Below are positions 47,184-63,255 of a stretch of 64,000 bases of DNA, in pieces; the first letter of the stretch is position 1, and each line of letters begins with the position of its first letter. The notes beneath the pieces were generated by a model. The model did not search any database. It saw only the letters and a program-made list of their open reading frames with translations, and was not told the origin of the DNA. The DNA is from Neocallimastix sp. 'constans' (Eukaryota), in contig JBODTK010000120.1 of the NCBI GenBank assembly GCA_050613775.1, forward strand, positions 310,001 to 374,000, read 5' to 3'. The position numbers were made by a program, and so were the translations under genes.

Positions 47184-50100
47184 TTTAATTAAATTAATAA
47201 TACTAATAAAAATGAATTAAGAGAATTTTTTTTTTAAAAAAAAAAAAAAAAAAAAAAGAAATAGAAATGTATATGTGTGTTGCTGTAGCCATAGCAATAA
47301 CTAAGTGAAATCTTTTCACCAGAATTTCATTCAATTATTATTATTATTTTTTATGGCCATAAAAAAAAACGGAACAATAATAAAAAAGGAAAAAAATATA
47401 TATATAATATAAAAGATAAAAGATAAAATAAAAAATAAAAACATTAAATTTATATAAATTTAATATAAAAAATTAAAAAAAAAAAAAATTAAAAAAAAAT
47501 AAAAAAAAAAAAAATAAAAAAAAATTAAATAAAATTAAAAATAATGAAATAGTAATTAAAAAAATAATATAAAATAGTATAAAATATGAAATTATAATTT
47601 AAATTATTAAAATATAAACTATTAAATATGAGAAGAGAGAAGAACGAAAGAAGAAGAAAAAAATAAGTTGAATAAATAATAAAAAAATGTATAAAAAAAA
47701 GATTAGGAATATAATAGAGATAAATAGAAAATAAAAATAAAAAAAAATTAAAATAAAATGAAAATTAAAAAATTAATAAAAAAAAAAAAGAAATAAATTA
47801 AAAATTTTTGAGAAATAAATTTTAATTTTTAATTTAAATTTAAATATTAGTATTGATTGATGAATTAAAATGATGATACATATAATATATAATAATTTAT
47901 AATAATTTTTAATAAATTTTAATAATATATAATAATATAAAAAATATATAGTAATATATAATATTTTATAATAATATATAATATATAATATAAATAATAT
48001 ATGCAATATCATTTATTTTTTAAAAAAAAAAAAAAAATTTATAATCCATGGATGATGATGATGTATACAATAATTAATAAATAATTAGGAATGAAACCCA
48101 TCCATTTATTCAAGGTTACTGTTTTTATGATTACTTAAGTATAATTATTATCATTATCATTATTAGCAATAATTATTATATTATATTATATTTTATTATA
48201 TTATAGTATTGATAATAGATGAAATCCTTAGTTATGAATAAGGATGATTCATTTAATAGAAAAATTAAAAAATATATATATTTTTTTAAGAATTGAGAAT
48301 AAAAAAAAAAGTATTATATTCATTCTTTTGTTTTAGTGAATTTTAAGAGAGAAAGAGAAATAAAGGAATCCTAATTTAATTTAATACATAATAGTAATGA
48401 ATGAATAATAAAATAAAATAATAATAGTATAATAATAATATAGAAAATTTAATTTTCTATATAGCGTTGATAATAGTAATATTACATTATAATGAACTTT
48501 TTTTTTAAAAAAAAAAAGAATTCTAATTTTAATTTATAATAATAACAAATAATTATGTGTAATAATAAATAATAAATAATAAATAATAAATAATAAATAA
48601 TAATTAATAAATAATTGAATAACAAATAATTATGTGTAATAAATAATAAATAATAAATAATTGAATAATTGAATAACAAATAATAAAATAATAGTATTAT
48701 TATTCATAATATTATTATTATTATTAATATTAAGAATAAAAAATATCATTAATAATTAATATATTTGATATTCTAAACAAAATATTTCCTAATGATAATA
48801 TAAAAATAAAATAAAATTAAAAGATTAAAAAATTAGAAAAATAATTTTATATTAATAATAATAATTTTTTTATTTTTTTATTGGTATCATTTTCCTTTTT
48901 TCTTTCATTAATACTTTGAACAATGGATGAAACAAACATTAATAACTGAATAACTGAATAATTAAATATTTGAATAACTGAATAATAAATAAATAAAAAG
49001 TATATTTATTAATATTATTAATAATAAATAATTAAATAAATAGATAAATAAATAAATAATTGAATAATAATTGATTGAATAATAATTATTAAATTAAAAT
49101 AGAATTCATATGATCCATAAAAAAAAAAAAATTATCTTTATTTGTTTTATTTTTATATTTTTTATTATCATAAGAATAATAATATCATTATTATTATTTA
49201 ATTATGTTTTTTTTTTTTTATTTTTTATTTTAATTAAATGATTATTATTATTTATTATTTATTATTATTATTATTATTATTGTTGTTATATTAGTTTTAA
49301 TTATTATTATTTATTATTTATTATTATTATTTATTATTATTATTTATTATTATTATTATTTTTGTATTAGTTTTAATTATTATTAATTATTATTATTATT
49401 TATTATTTATTATTTATTATTATTATTTTTTGTATTAGTTTTCAATTTTTTTTTTCTTTTTTTAATTTTCCATTTTTTTTGGTCAACTTTTTTTTTTTTT
49501 CTTTGTTATAGAAATAAAAGAAATGAGAAATCATATAAATAATAAATAAAAAGAATAAAAGAAATAAAATAATTAAAAAAAAAAAAAATAAAAATAAAAA
49601 TAAAAAAAAAAAGGAAATTTTATGTAAGAAATTTTCAAATATCCATCATTTAAACTTTAATTATTATTATTATTATTTTTATTAATAAAATAATGAAAAA
49701 TAATAAAAATAAAATAAAAAAATGATAAAAATAATAATAAAAATAAAAAAATGATAAAAATAATAAAAAATAATAAAATTCATTAAACAAATAAAAATGA
49801 AAAGTTAAAACTAGAATCAAACAAATACTCACCAATTAAAAAACAAAAATAAATAAAACAAAACCAAAAAAAAAAAAAAAAAAGAAAAAAAAAATAATAA
49901 TAATTTATTTTCATTAAATTGAGGATTACAATTTCATTATTTCATTATTTTATTATTTATTATTTAATTATTTATTATATATTATTTATTTCATTATTTC
50001 ATTATTTATTATTTATTATTTATTATTTATTATTTATTACTTATTTATTTTTTGTTATTAATTATTATTATTATTCATTTATTCATTTATTATTCTTTCC

Positions 50101-51993
50101 ATTATATTAAAATAAAAAAAAAAAAGTCCGGTTAAATTCCTCATGTAATTTATTTATTTTATCTATTTATATTTTATTTATTTATAGTTATTTATTTAAT
50201 CATTTATTTAATTATTCATTACGATTTAATTTTATTATATAATATATAATATATACTATATATATTATATATATTATATTTAAATTTTTATTTTTATTTA
50301 TTTTTTTATTTATTTATTTTTATTTTTATTTATTTGTATTTTTATTTATTTGTATTTTATTTTTTTTTTACTTCAACATAAATTAAAAATATCATCTTTT
50401 AGGTGATACAAAAAAAAAAAAAAAAAGCAAAACTTTATTTTATATTATTTTATTTTATTTCAATTTTTTATTTTTATTTCAATTTTTTTTTTTCATATTT
50501 TCATTAAATTTTAATAAATTATTGAATTTTTTTTTTTTTTTTCATTCTTTTATATGCCTCTGTGGTTGTACTATTTTTTTTTTTTTTTTGGCTTATTTAT
50601 TTATTGTTTTAGGAAACAATAAAAAATAATAATAATAATAATAATAATAATGAAATGAACAGAAATAGAAAAAAAAAACATGATCTATTGTTATAACAAA
50701 TCAAACACAAAAAAAAAAAAAGAAAGGGCTGAAAATTTAAAAATTAAAAAAAAATATATATATGTAGAGAGAGAGATAGATAATAGATAGAGATAATAGA
50801 GATATAGATAATACATATATGAAGTAAAAAAAAAATTTTTTTTTTAAAACTTTTTTTTATTTTATAATTAATTTTATTTTTCATCATTAGAATTAATGGA
50901 TAAAACAAAACAAAAAAAAAAAAAAATGTTTTAAATTTAAGATGATCTCTACCTAAAAAAGTAGATAATATCTTTTTTTTTTGTTGTTGTTTTAAAGAAA
51001 TATATATAGATATAGATATAGATAAGTAGATATATAGATATATATTTGTAGATATATATAGATATATATATTTAATCTCCCCCTTTTTTTTGAATTCTAT
51101 CCTTTCCATACTAACAAAAAAAAAAAGGTATGATTCATCATTAATACAAAATAAAATATATATGAATATATGGATATAAAATAATAATAATAAATAAAAT
51201 AATAAAAATAGGTTTAAATCAATTTATTTTGTTTTATTTTATTCTATTCTATTCTAATCAGTTTTTTTCTAAATAGAGTTAAAAAAAAAAAAAATAAAAA
51301 TTTTAAAAAAAAAATTTTTTTTTAATATCCACCTTAAATATATTAAATGACTATATATAGTTAAAAAAAAGAAAAAAAAAGGAAAAAAAAAGGAAAAAAT
51401 TAAAAAAAAAAAAAAATTAGCCGTAAAACTATCAACATGTTTAATTTTATTTTTATTTTTTTTTTTTTTCTCTTCTCTTCAACCTATAAAAAAAGAATAA
51501 AAAATAAAATTTTTTTTTTTTTTTAAAATTAAATTGAAACATCCAATTTCCTTTTTTAAATAAATAAAAAAAAAAAAAAGAATGATTTAATTATAATTAT
51601 ATATAATTGAATAATTAAATAATCATAAAAAAATAATAAATAAATAATAAATAATTATAAATAAATAATAAATAATATTAAAAAGAAAAAAGAAAAAATA
51701 TATATTTATTTATTTAAATGGAAATTATATTAAAAATAAGAGAAAAAGAAATGAATAATACTATTATTATTATTATTATGATAATATTTTATTGTTTTAT
51801 TTGTATCTTTTTTTTTCCATTGTTTTTTTTTTTATTTTATTACTAAAAATTTCCTTTTTTTTTTTTTAATTTTATTTTCTTTGACTTTTTTTTTTTTTTT
51901 TTTTAATTTTTCTATTGTTATTTTATTATCCAATAAAATTATTATTATTTTTAATTAATATTAATTTAAACTATTATTTTAAAATATGTCATT

Positions 51994-52046
<53 letters not shown>

Positions 52047-53766
52047 TTAATAAACAATAAAAATAAGAATAATTGAATCATTGAATAATAAATCGAAGAA
52101 TAATTAAGAAAAATTAAATAAGAAAATTTTAATTTAAAGATTAAAAATTAAAAAGATTTTAAATTAAATTAAAAAATAAATAAAAAAAAAACTTTTTTTT
52201 TTATTAAATTTTAACCTTTTTTTTAATTTAATTTATAAAGTAATACATGTTTTTTTTTTAATTTATTTTTTAATTTATTTTATGACATAAATAAATAAAT
52301 AAATAAATAAATTTTTTTATAGAAAGAAAAAAAGGATGGATCGAATTGGAAACAGTTTTAACTTATTTTAAATTATTATATTATATTATATATTAGTTTA
52401 TATTAAATTTATATTCTATTCTATTGTTTAATAAATTGAATAGTATATTCATATATAATACCCAGTAATGAAATATATAGAATATTCTATCTATAATATA
52501 TTGTAATATACATTAATAAATTAGAATAATATAATATTCTATTGAATTGACGATTACACTAAAATTCAATTAAAAAAAAATTTTTTTTTATTAAAAAAAT
52601 TAAAAAATTAAAAAAATTTAAATAAATAAATTAAAAAAAAAAAATAGCCAAAAAAAATAAAAGGATGATAAATAAAAAAATTTTTTTTTTTTTAAATTGT
52701 TTATAAAAGTAATAATAATTTTAAGGAAGAGGGTGAAAACAATGAAAAAAATAAAAATAAAAAAGAAAAGAAATGAAATGAAATGAAATACTGAAATTAT
52801 GAATAATAAATAAATAATAATATTTCATAAAATTTTGTTTCTAATTTTTATTTTTTTTTTTTTTTGTTTTTTAAATTATTATTTTTTATTTTTTATTATT
52901 ATTTTTTTTTTTGTTTTTGTCTCATATTAATTTTGTGTTATTTTAATAAAAGATAGGTAACAATGATTATAAAAATAAAAATAAAATAAAATAAAGAATA
53001 GTTTTAATGTATATCTTTTTTTTTAAAAAAATATATATATATTTATAATATATTTACATAAAAATATTTTATATGGGGATGTCCATTAAAAAAATATATA
53101 TATATATATATATAAATATAGTTTTTAATCAATATATTTATAATTATTTATATTAAAAAAAATGTTTTTTTTTTGTTATTTCTATTTATTTATTTAAAAA
53201 TGATCCTTCATCCATAATTATTAAAGTTTCTTTTTTTTTTTTTTCTTGTTTTAAGGATAAAAATAAATAAAATAAATAATGAAATAATATAAAAATAATT
53301 AATTAAAAATAATGAATTAATAATTAATAATAAATAAAATAAAATTAGAGTCAAATTAAAGGGCTGAATTGATCATTATTTTTTTGTAATGAATAGAATA
53401 GAATAAAATGAAAAAAAAATTTTTTTTCTTAAAAAAAAATTTTGTACTACTCCAGTTTTAAAAAAAAAAAATTGTAAAAAAAATTGTAAAAAAAAAATTA
53501 GAAAAATAAAAATTTAGAGAAAAAAAAAAAAAAAAAAAACTATAAAAGTTGGGCTGGTTGGGGTTGGTGTCACCAAGAAATACATTTTTTTAATCATGAA
53601 TCTTTTATATATATAGATTTGTAAAAATTTTTTTATTAAAACTCTAATCATTAAATCATTGGAATATTGATTATTTAAAATAGAGATAGAGATTCATAAT
53701 AATAATAATAAATGGCATTCTAATAATCGATAAAAATCAATTTATATTAATTTAAATTAATAATGG

Positions 53767-53800
<34 letters not shown>

Positions 53801-54147
53801 ATTTAATATATGAAACTTTTTTAAAAAAAAAAAAAATAAAGAAGAAAGAAAGAAAAAAATAAAAAAAGTTTTAAAGCAGAGATGGAAACCTAATTCATTC
53901 ATATATAAAACCATAAAAAAAAAAATAAAAATTGAAAGATTCATAGAAATCTATTTTAACTACTAATAATATTTAGTTATAATAATAAATAATTATTATA
54001 ATTTTTTTTTTTTTTTTTTTTATTTACTTTTTTATTTTTTTATTTTTTGATCTTAAAGGTAACACAAAAAAAAAAAAAAAATAAAATAAAATTAAAGATA
54101 AACAAAATAAAACATTCCGTCCACTCCGTCTAAATTGTATTTTACTA

Positions 54148-54181
<34 letters not shown>

Positions 54182-54299
54182 GAGGTAACCTTTTTATTTG
54201 TTTGTTGATTTGTTTGTGTATATTTTATCAATCGTAATGAAACGGAATAAAACATAATAAAATAAAAAATAAAATATTATAAAATATTATATATAATAT

Positions 54300-54424
54300 A
54301 AAATTATTATAAAATAAAATATTATATAATAAAATTATTATAAAATAAAATATTATATAATAAAATTATTATAAAATAAAATATTATATAATAAAATTAT
54401 TATAAAATAAAATATTATATAATA
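54300..54424. repeat. 31-bp AT-only minisatellite, ~4 copies
   Basis: AAAATTATTATAAAATAAAATATTATATAAT repeated in tandem. Confidence 0.9.
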
Positions 54425-54791
54425 AAATATAATAAAATAAAATATATATATATATATATATATTTTTTATCCGTTAATAAAAAAATTTTTCCCCTTTTCC
54501 TACTCTACTCCTCCCTACCTTTCGTGGGGTGGGCACCTCCATTTATGGATAATAAAACATTCCGTTTTTTTTTAAAATTTATACTTTTTTTTTTTTTTTT
54601 TTTTTTTAATGTATCATTTAACATTTTTTATTTTTTTTTAATTTTTTTTTTAATTTTTTATTATTATTATTATTATTTTAAATGTATCATTTATCATTTA
54701 TTTTTTATTTATTTATTTATTTATTGTTTGTTTGTTTGTTTGTTGAACAATAATAAAACAAAATAAAAAGAGAGAAGAAAGAAAGAGAATA

Positions 54792-54832
<41 letters not shown>

Positions 54833-54919
54833 GAAACATAAAAAAATAAATAAATAAATAAATAAATAAAAAATAGTAATAATAATAATAATAATAATTA
54901 ATAAATCTTTCGTAAACCT

Positions 54920-54952
<33 letters not shown>

Positions 54953-55307
54953 TCTGTATTTTAAGATATTTTAACCATTTATTTAGAGAGAAAAACAAAT
55001 TTTTTTTTTTATTATTATTATTAATATTAAATCAATAATTATTTATATCTATCTATCTATATATATATATATTTATTTATTTAAATAATTATTTATTTAT
55101 TAAGGAGAAAAAAAAATACTAAAAAAAAAAAAAAAGTCAACGGACCCTTTTTTTTTTTTTTACTTTGTACCTCTGTAACAAATATTTTTCAGATAAACTT
55201 TTAAAAAAAAAAAAAAAAAAGTAAAAAAATTATTAATAATAGTTAATAATAATAATAATTAAAAAAAAACTTTAAAAAAAAAAATACAAAAAAAAAAAAA
55301 AGTATAA

Positions 55308-55345
<38 letters not shown>

Positions 55346-55673
55346 TAATAATATTTATTTTATTATTAAAATGGTTTACCTCTCACTAAATGATTTAATG
55401 TATCCTAATGTATACTACATAATGTATTCATAAATAAATAATGTATTTTATAACGATTACAAAAAATAACTATGAAATAACTATCTAATCAAAAAAAAAA
55501 AAAAAAAAAAAAATTTAATGTTAGGTTGAACAACAATTCATTAAAAAAAATAAATAAAAGAAAAAATAAAAAAATTAAATTATCAAATGAAACAATGAAT
55601 CATTTTTATCATAATAGAAATGAGGATAAAATGATTCATAGTGATAATCTAGTTAAAGTCATGACAAACTGAT

Positions 55674-55710
<37 letters not shown>

Positions 55711-56524
55711 GAAACATTAAATAGTTAATCATTTCTTGTTACAATCATCCTAATTAAAATATAATAAAATAGTATTAATAATTATTTAAATTTAAATTTA
55801 AAATAATAATCTTTTTAGATAATTATAAGAATGGTAATCAATAGTTAATCATAGTTATAAAAAAAAAAAAAAAACCAACTTTACAATGATAATAAGTAGT
55901 GATTATTGAAATGGAAGTAATTGCAATAGTAATAAAAAAAAAAAAAAAAAAAAAAAGTGAGAGTAGAAATAATAATATTAAATGATGATTACTATTAAAA
56001 TAAAATAAGGATTAAAAATAATAATTTTTTTAAACAATTTAACTCATAATTAATCATCTATAATAAACATAATTAATAATGATTAATAATTAATAATAAT
56101 AATAATAATAATAAAATAGAAATAAAACATAATAGTATTAATATTATTATGATTGTGATTGTGATTGTGATTGTGATTGTGATTGTATTACAATAAATAA
56201 TCAATATTTTAATAATAAGTTGATAATGTTTATTCATAATTTTTTTAAATGCTAATAGTAATAATAATTTATTATAAAACTCATATTATCCATATGGAGT
56301 TAAAAAAAAAAATTTTTTTTTAATTAATTTGGATATCTTTTTTTAAAAAAAAATTAAAAAAAAAATTAAAAAAAAAAAAAAGTTTAGAATATAATCTAAT
56401 ATATACTTATCATATATTAAAATGACATATTTGTATATCATTTCATTAAAAAAAAAAAAGTTTTAAAATAAATTAAAATTAAAATAAAAAAAATTGAATT
56501 AAAGTAATATAAATAAAATAAATA

Positions 56525-56558
<34 letters not shown>

Positions 56559-57367
56559 GTTTAAAAATAAATGAAAAATAATAATTATAAATAGATAGAT
56601 AAATGAATAAATAAATGAAAAATAAATAAATAAAAAGATAAATAATGAATAGATATATGAATACATTAATAATAAAATGATTGTGAAATATCATCATTTA
56701 TCACATCCTTCAATTATTTATTCAGAATATTATGAGTAACTCCTTCATTATAATATGAAAAATTAAAAACAAAAATAGAATATATATATATAAAGAAAAA
56801 TAAAAAAAAAAAAAAAAAAAAAAAGTTTAGCCATTTGACGGCAAAGAAAATTTGAACCAAGTCCATCATAAATTAACATTATTTTGTACGAGGATGATCC
56901 AAGAAAAAAAAAAAAAGTGTAACATCATCCATTTCCATTGGATTATAAAATAGGAAAAAAATATATATATATATAAATATATCTATTGACATAAAATAAA
57001 AATACTTAAAGAATAATAATATATAAAAATAATAATAATATTTATAATAATAATAATAATATTTATAATAATAATAATAATATTTATAAATAATAATAAT
57101 ATTTATAGATAATAATAATATTTATAATAATAATAATAATGATATTATTATGCATTTTGCATTATGCATTATTCATTATCATTGTCATCATGATCATAGT
57201 AATAATAAAAATAAAAAATTGTAAAAAAAAAAAAAAAAAAAAAAACAATACAATAATAAAAAGTTAATTATTTTAATAATAGTAATACGAAAAAAGTAAC
57301 AACACTAAAAATATTAAAATTATAATAATTATAATAATCGTAATAAATAACAATACTAAAAAAAAAT

Positions 57368-57415
<48 letters not shown>

Positions 57416-58282
57416 TCAACATATGAATAATTATTTTTAAATTTATAAAAATAAAAATAAAAATAATAAAGAAGCAGATTACTGAAACGGTTACAAATAT
57501 TAATAATAATGAGTAATAACTCTATTTATTCATTCTTCACATAAATAATAATATATAATAATATTATAAATCTTTTACAAAAAAAAAAAAAAAAAAAATT
57601 GATATTTAATTATAAACCCAAAGGAAATCAATAAATACCAATCTTAAAAATATAAAGATTTCACCTGGTAAAAAATTAATAATGCTAAGAAATGATAAAT
57701 ACGTAATATGAATATGAACCCATTTTTAATTTTTTATTCCTTACTATTTTGTTTCTATACATAATATAGAAATATAGAAACCGTACTTGAATCTTAAATC
57801 ATATTAAAATTAAAATTAAAAAATAAAAAAAAAAAAAGATATAATATATAAATATAAATATAAATATAAATATAAAAAGTAATAGCAATAATTAAATTAA
57901 AATGAAAAAAAAAAATTAAAATATATATATATGTATATATATATATGTATATATAATTAATTATTTTTTTTAATTTTTTTTTTATTTTTTTTTATTTTTT
58001 TTTTATTTTTTTTTATTTTTTTTTTATTTTTTTTTTTTTATTTTTTTTTATTTTTTATTTTTTAAATATTAATTTTAATTGATTTAAATTTTTATATTTT
58101 ATATTTAATTTATATTTTATATTTATATATTCCGCTAATGAATAAATTTATTTCTATTTTGTTGTCATGTCACTCCATAGTAAAGTCTAAAAGAAGATCA
58201 TTAAAAAAAAAATAAATAAATTTTACTTAATTAGTCCATATTTATTTATTTATTTTTTTTAATTAGAAATTTCGAATATTTT

Positions 58283-58319
<37 letters not shown>

Positions 58320-58567
58320 TATCTAAAGTTAACAAAAAACTTGAACCTTTTTTTTAAAAGTGGAATTTATTGAGAATTAATAATTTTATTTTTTTTATAT
58401 TTTATGTATTTTATGTATTTTGTGTATTTTGTGTATAAGTGATATAGTGTGAATACATTTAATTTAATATAATATAATATTATCTATTATCTATTTTTTT
58501 TTTTTTTTTTTTTAATTACATCTATCTTTATATATATAAATATATGAAATATTATATATATATATTT

Positions 58568-58598
<31 letters not shown>

Positions 58599-59549
58599 AT
58601 TTATTTATCTATATATAAATATATGAAATCGTTTATTATTATTTTTTGTTTTGAGGTTTTGAGTTTATCTTCCAAAATTTAATTTAATATCAAATGATGA
58701 TCATGATGACATGAACAAAAATAGAAATATCCGTTTTTTTTTTTTTAATTCATTTATTATAAGGTTATTGATATTGTTATTTTTTATTTATTATTTATTA
58801 TTTATTATTATATTATTATTTATTATTTATTATTATATTATTATTTATTATTTATTATTATTTGTTATTATTATTATTATTATATTATTATTTGTTATTT
58901 ATTATTTGTTTTGTATTATTTATTATTATTAAAATCATTCATTTTATTATTATTGTTTTGTATTATTATTATTTATTTGTTATGTAATATTATTATGTAT
59001 CATTGTAATATTATTTATTTATTATTTTTTATACTATTTCTGAATTGGGTTTTTATGTATTGAAAGGTGTATCATTTTTTTTTTTTTTTTTTTAACTTTT
59101 TAAATTATTACTATAAAGAAATAAAAAAAAATCTTATGACTTCAATACATATACATATATATATATATATATTTTGTTTAGTTGTCTTTATTTTATTTTT
59201 TGTTTTGTTTTTTTGTTTTTGTTTTTTTTTTTGGTTTGTTTTTTTTTTTTTTTGTTTTGTTTTTTATTCTGTTTTAAAACAAATTTACCCTATAAATTTA
59301 AAATTAGGGTATTAAATCCAAATGAAATAAATAATAATAAATAATAAATAAATAATAAATAAACAATGGAAAATGTTAAAAAAAAAAATAAAAAAAATAA
59401 AAATAAAAAAAAAAAATTAATAAATAATGATACTAATAATATTAATAATACTAATAATATTAACAATTAATATAACGACTACTACTAATATTAAAATAAG
59501 AATAATAAATTATTATTAATTTTTTTTTTTTTTTCCTTTTTTTCTATTT

Positions 59550-59596
59550 TTATTTTTTTTTCCATAATTATCAGATAATTATGGAAAAAAAAATAA
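59550..59596. repeat. Perfect palindrome, 23-bp arms, 1-nt centre
   Basis: TTATTTTTTTTTCCATAATTATC-A-GATAATTATGGAAAAAAAAATAA. Confidence 0.9.
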
Positions 59597-60265
59597 TAAT
59601 TTATCTATAATAGATTTGTGAATAATGAATGATTTTTAGGCTTTTAGAATTTTATATTAAATTGTTCAAAAAGAAAAAATAAAAAAATAAAAAAATAAAA
59701 AATAAAAAATAAACATTTATTTACCAGTTAATGCAAAAATTAATATTAAATAATATACACATTAATTTATTATGTTATTATATTGTATTTCCATTATATT
59801 ATATTTTATTTAATATTTGATTTAATATATCTTGTCATATTTAATTTAAAACTTCTTATTATGTTATTATATTATATTATATTATATTTCATTATATTTT
59901 ATTTAATATATCTTGTCATATTTCATTTAAAAAAATTTTTTGTTTAAATTTAATTTTTGTACTACTTTAAATAAAAAATTAAAAATTAAAAAAAAAAATG
60001 AATAAAATGAATAAAATGAATAAAATGAATTGAATTGAATTGAATTAAAAGGCTTTTTTTTTTTTCTTTTATTGAACTTTCTAAGATTATTCTAAAGAAT
60101 ATCTTAATCATTGTTTTAAATAATGATTCACTATGATGAATTTACTAAAATGAGTCGATCTATTTTAATATTTATATATATATTTGTTAAAGGTTATATG
60201 TTTAGGTTAATTCATGGACATGGCCTATTATCCTATAAATATTGATTATAAAAACATTTGTATTA

Positions 60266-60316
<51 letters not shown>

Positions 60317-60401
60317 ATATATAAATCTTTATTTTAACCGATGTTACACGATGCGAGCCATATCTTTATAAAGTTTTTTTAATTTAAATTTAAAAATGAA
60401 A

Positions 60402-60432
<31 letters not shown>

Positions 60433-61329
60433 TACATTTTATATATATATATATAAAATAATATTTATATTATGATGATAAATGTTTATTTTTTTTTTAT
60501 TTTATTATATTTAATAAATAATAATAATGACAATAATGACATTAACAATAATAATAATAATAATAATAATTTGACAATAATCATTTATTGTATATAAAAT
60601 AGAAATTAATCTTTCCAATACAAATAGATGTACCATGACAATAGAAAAGAAAGAGAACAATAGATTAAAATAAATTATTTAGTAATGAAAAAAAAAAAAA
60701 AATAAAAAACATGTATATATATTTATATATATAAATTTTCATTTTCATTTTATCTTAAATTAATAAAATTTTAAAAAAAAAAAAAAAAAAAAAATAATAG
60801 AAAAAAATTGACTTGAATAGGTTTGTATGTATGTAAGTAGGTTTGTAAGTATATACATGCGTATAGGCGTATATCATTAGTATACTCTGGAGTAATAATT
60901 TTTTAAGTTATAATAACTTTGTTGAAAGGGAGAAAGAAAAGAAAAGCATTCCTTCTTTCTTTCTTTCTTTTTTTTTTTTTGTTAAATAGTGTACAAATAA
61001 AAAAAATTTTTTTTTTTTAAAAAAAAATAAAAAAAAAAGGAAAAAAGGAAAAATTAATAAAAAAGAAAAAGAAAATTAATATATATATTTATAATATATA
61101 TAAATATATATAAGGTAAAAAAAATGAACAATGAAAAAAAAAATCAAAGATAGAATAGAAAACAATTTAAGAATATCTTTTGACTTCAAAAAATAGCTAT
61201 ATTTTGTTAAAAAAAAAATATAACCCTCTCAATATTTAATTATTTAATTATATTTTTATATCTATATCACCTAATAAAATAAATTATCCTACCAAAACAA
61301 ATAATAATAATAGAAATAATAATAATAGA

Positions 61330-61366
<37 letters not shown>

Positions 61367-63115
61367 GTAAATTAGTCATCATAAGAAGATGAATATCATT
61401 AAAAAAATTTTTTAATTTTTTTTATTTCATTTTATGGTTTTTAATTTTCTTTTTAAAAGAAAAGATCATTAATGAAATAATTATTTATTACTATTATTAT
61501 TATTATTTTATTTTCAATTTTATTTTATTAATAGAATTTTTATTTTTTTTCTGTTTTATTGTATTAATAGAATTTTTATTTTTATTTTTTTTTTCTGTTT
61601 TATTTTATTAATAGAATTTTTTTTTTTTTTTTTAAACATTTTTATGAAACCTGTTAATATATATCATCTGAATATATTAATTAATATATTTATTAATTAT
61701 ATATACATCCAAAAAAAAAAAATTTTTTTTTTTCTTTTTTAAACCACATGTTCAAAAATAAACAAAAAAAATTAAAAAAAAAATATATATATATATATAT
61801 ATTAAAATATTAAAATATTAAAATTTTAATTATTAATTTTTATTTTTCCATTTTCTTTATATTTATTTTATTTTATATTTATTTTATTTTACAGTTACTA
61901 TTTTATTAATTTAAATTTAAAATTAAATTAATTTTAATAAATTAAATTACATATAAAATATATACTACTAGCATATACAAACCTGCACATATAAATAAAT
62001 AATTAAGATAAGAATAATAATGGAATAATAAATATAATAATAAATAATAATAAATAATAAATAATAGATAAATAAATATAAAAAAAAAAAATAAGAAAAA
62101 AATAAATGAAAATAAACTTTTTTTTCCATAAATTTATATTCTATTCTATTTAAAAAAAAAAAAAAAAACTTAAAATAATATTAAATTTACTGTTAAACAA
62201 AAAAAAAAATAAAATAAAATAAAAAATAAAAAATAATTAATAAAATATCTAAATATTATAATAAAATATCTAAATATAGTATTTAAAAAAAAAAATTAAT
62301 AATGACAATTTCTATATACTTTATTAATTAAATTCTTTTTATTTAATTTATTTATTTTATTTATTTATTTTATTTAATTATTTATTTATTTTATTTATTT
62401 ATTTATTTTATTTATTTATTTATTTTATTTAAAAAAAAAAAAAAGCCCATTATCCTTTTTTAAAATAATTAATCATTCTTGTGTTATTTGTGAATCCACT
62501 TTCATTTAATAGTATATTCTTAACTTTTTTTTTTTTTTTTTTATGATTCATATTATAAATCATTATTATTATTTTCTGTATTCTTATTATATACATATAT
62601 AGATATATATTTTATTTTATTTTATTTTATTTTATTTGTAAACAATAATAAAAATAAATAGAACAAACAAACTAAGCCAAAAAAGAAAAAGAAAAAGAAA
62701 AAGAAATGGAAAAAGAAAAAAAATAAAATAAAATAAAATATATAGTGAATTTTTATTTATTTATTTATTTATTTTTTTCACGTAAAAAAGATTTTAAATT
62801 TCATATTTATTTTATATATAAAAATTTAATTTTATTTTTTATTTCTTTTTCTTTTATTTCTTTTTCTTTTTCTTTTTTTAAATCTATGACTCTACTATAA
62901 AAAAAAATAAGAGAATAAAATATAAGAGAATAATATTAATAATAGAAGAGAAGAGAAGAGAATATTTATAATAAACCCAAAAAAAATTTAAATTTAATTA
63001 TGTTTTAAATCTTTTTTGTTTTGTTTTTATTTTTAATTTTTTTTTAATAAATGAAAAGAATAAAAAATTACAAAAAAAAAAAAAAAAAAAAAATTAATAC
63101 AAAATTTTGTATTAA

Positions 63116-63148
<33 letters not shown>

Positions 63149-63224
63149 TAATTAATATATATATATATTATTAATTTTTTAAGTTTTAAATTCCAACGGG
63201 AAAAAAAATTTAAAACAAAAAACC

Positions 63225-63255
<31 letters not shown>

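Noticed and set aside
47113..54424. 28-bp and 31-bp repeats as CRISPR arrays
   Set aside because: Contiguous tandem units without unique spacers, eukaryotic context, no cas genes.
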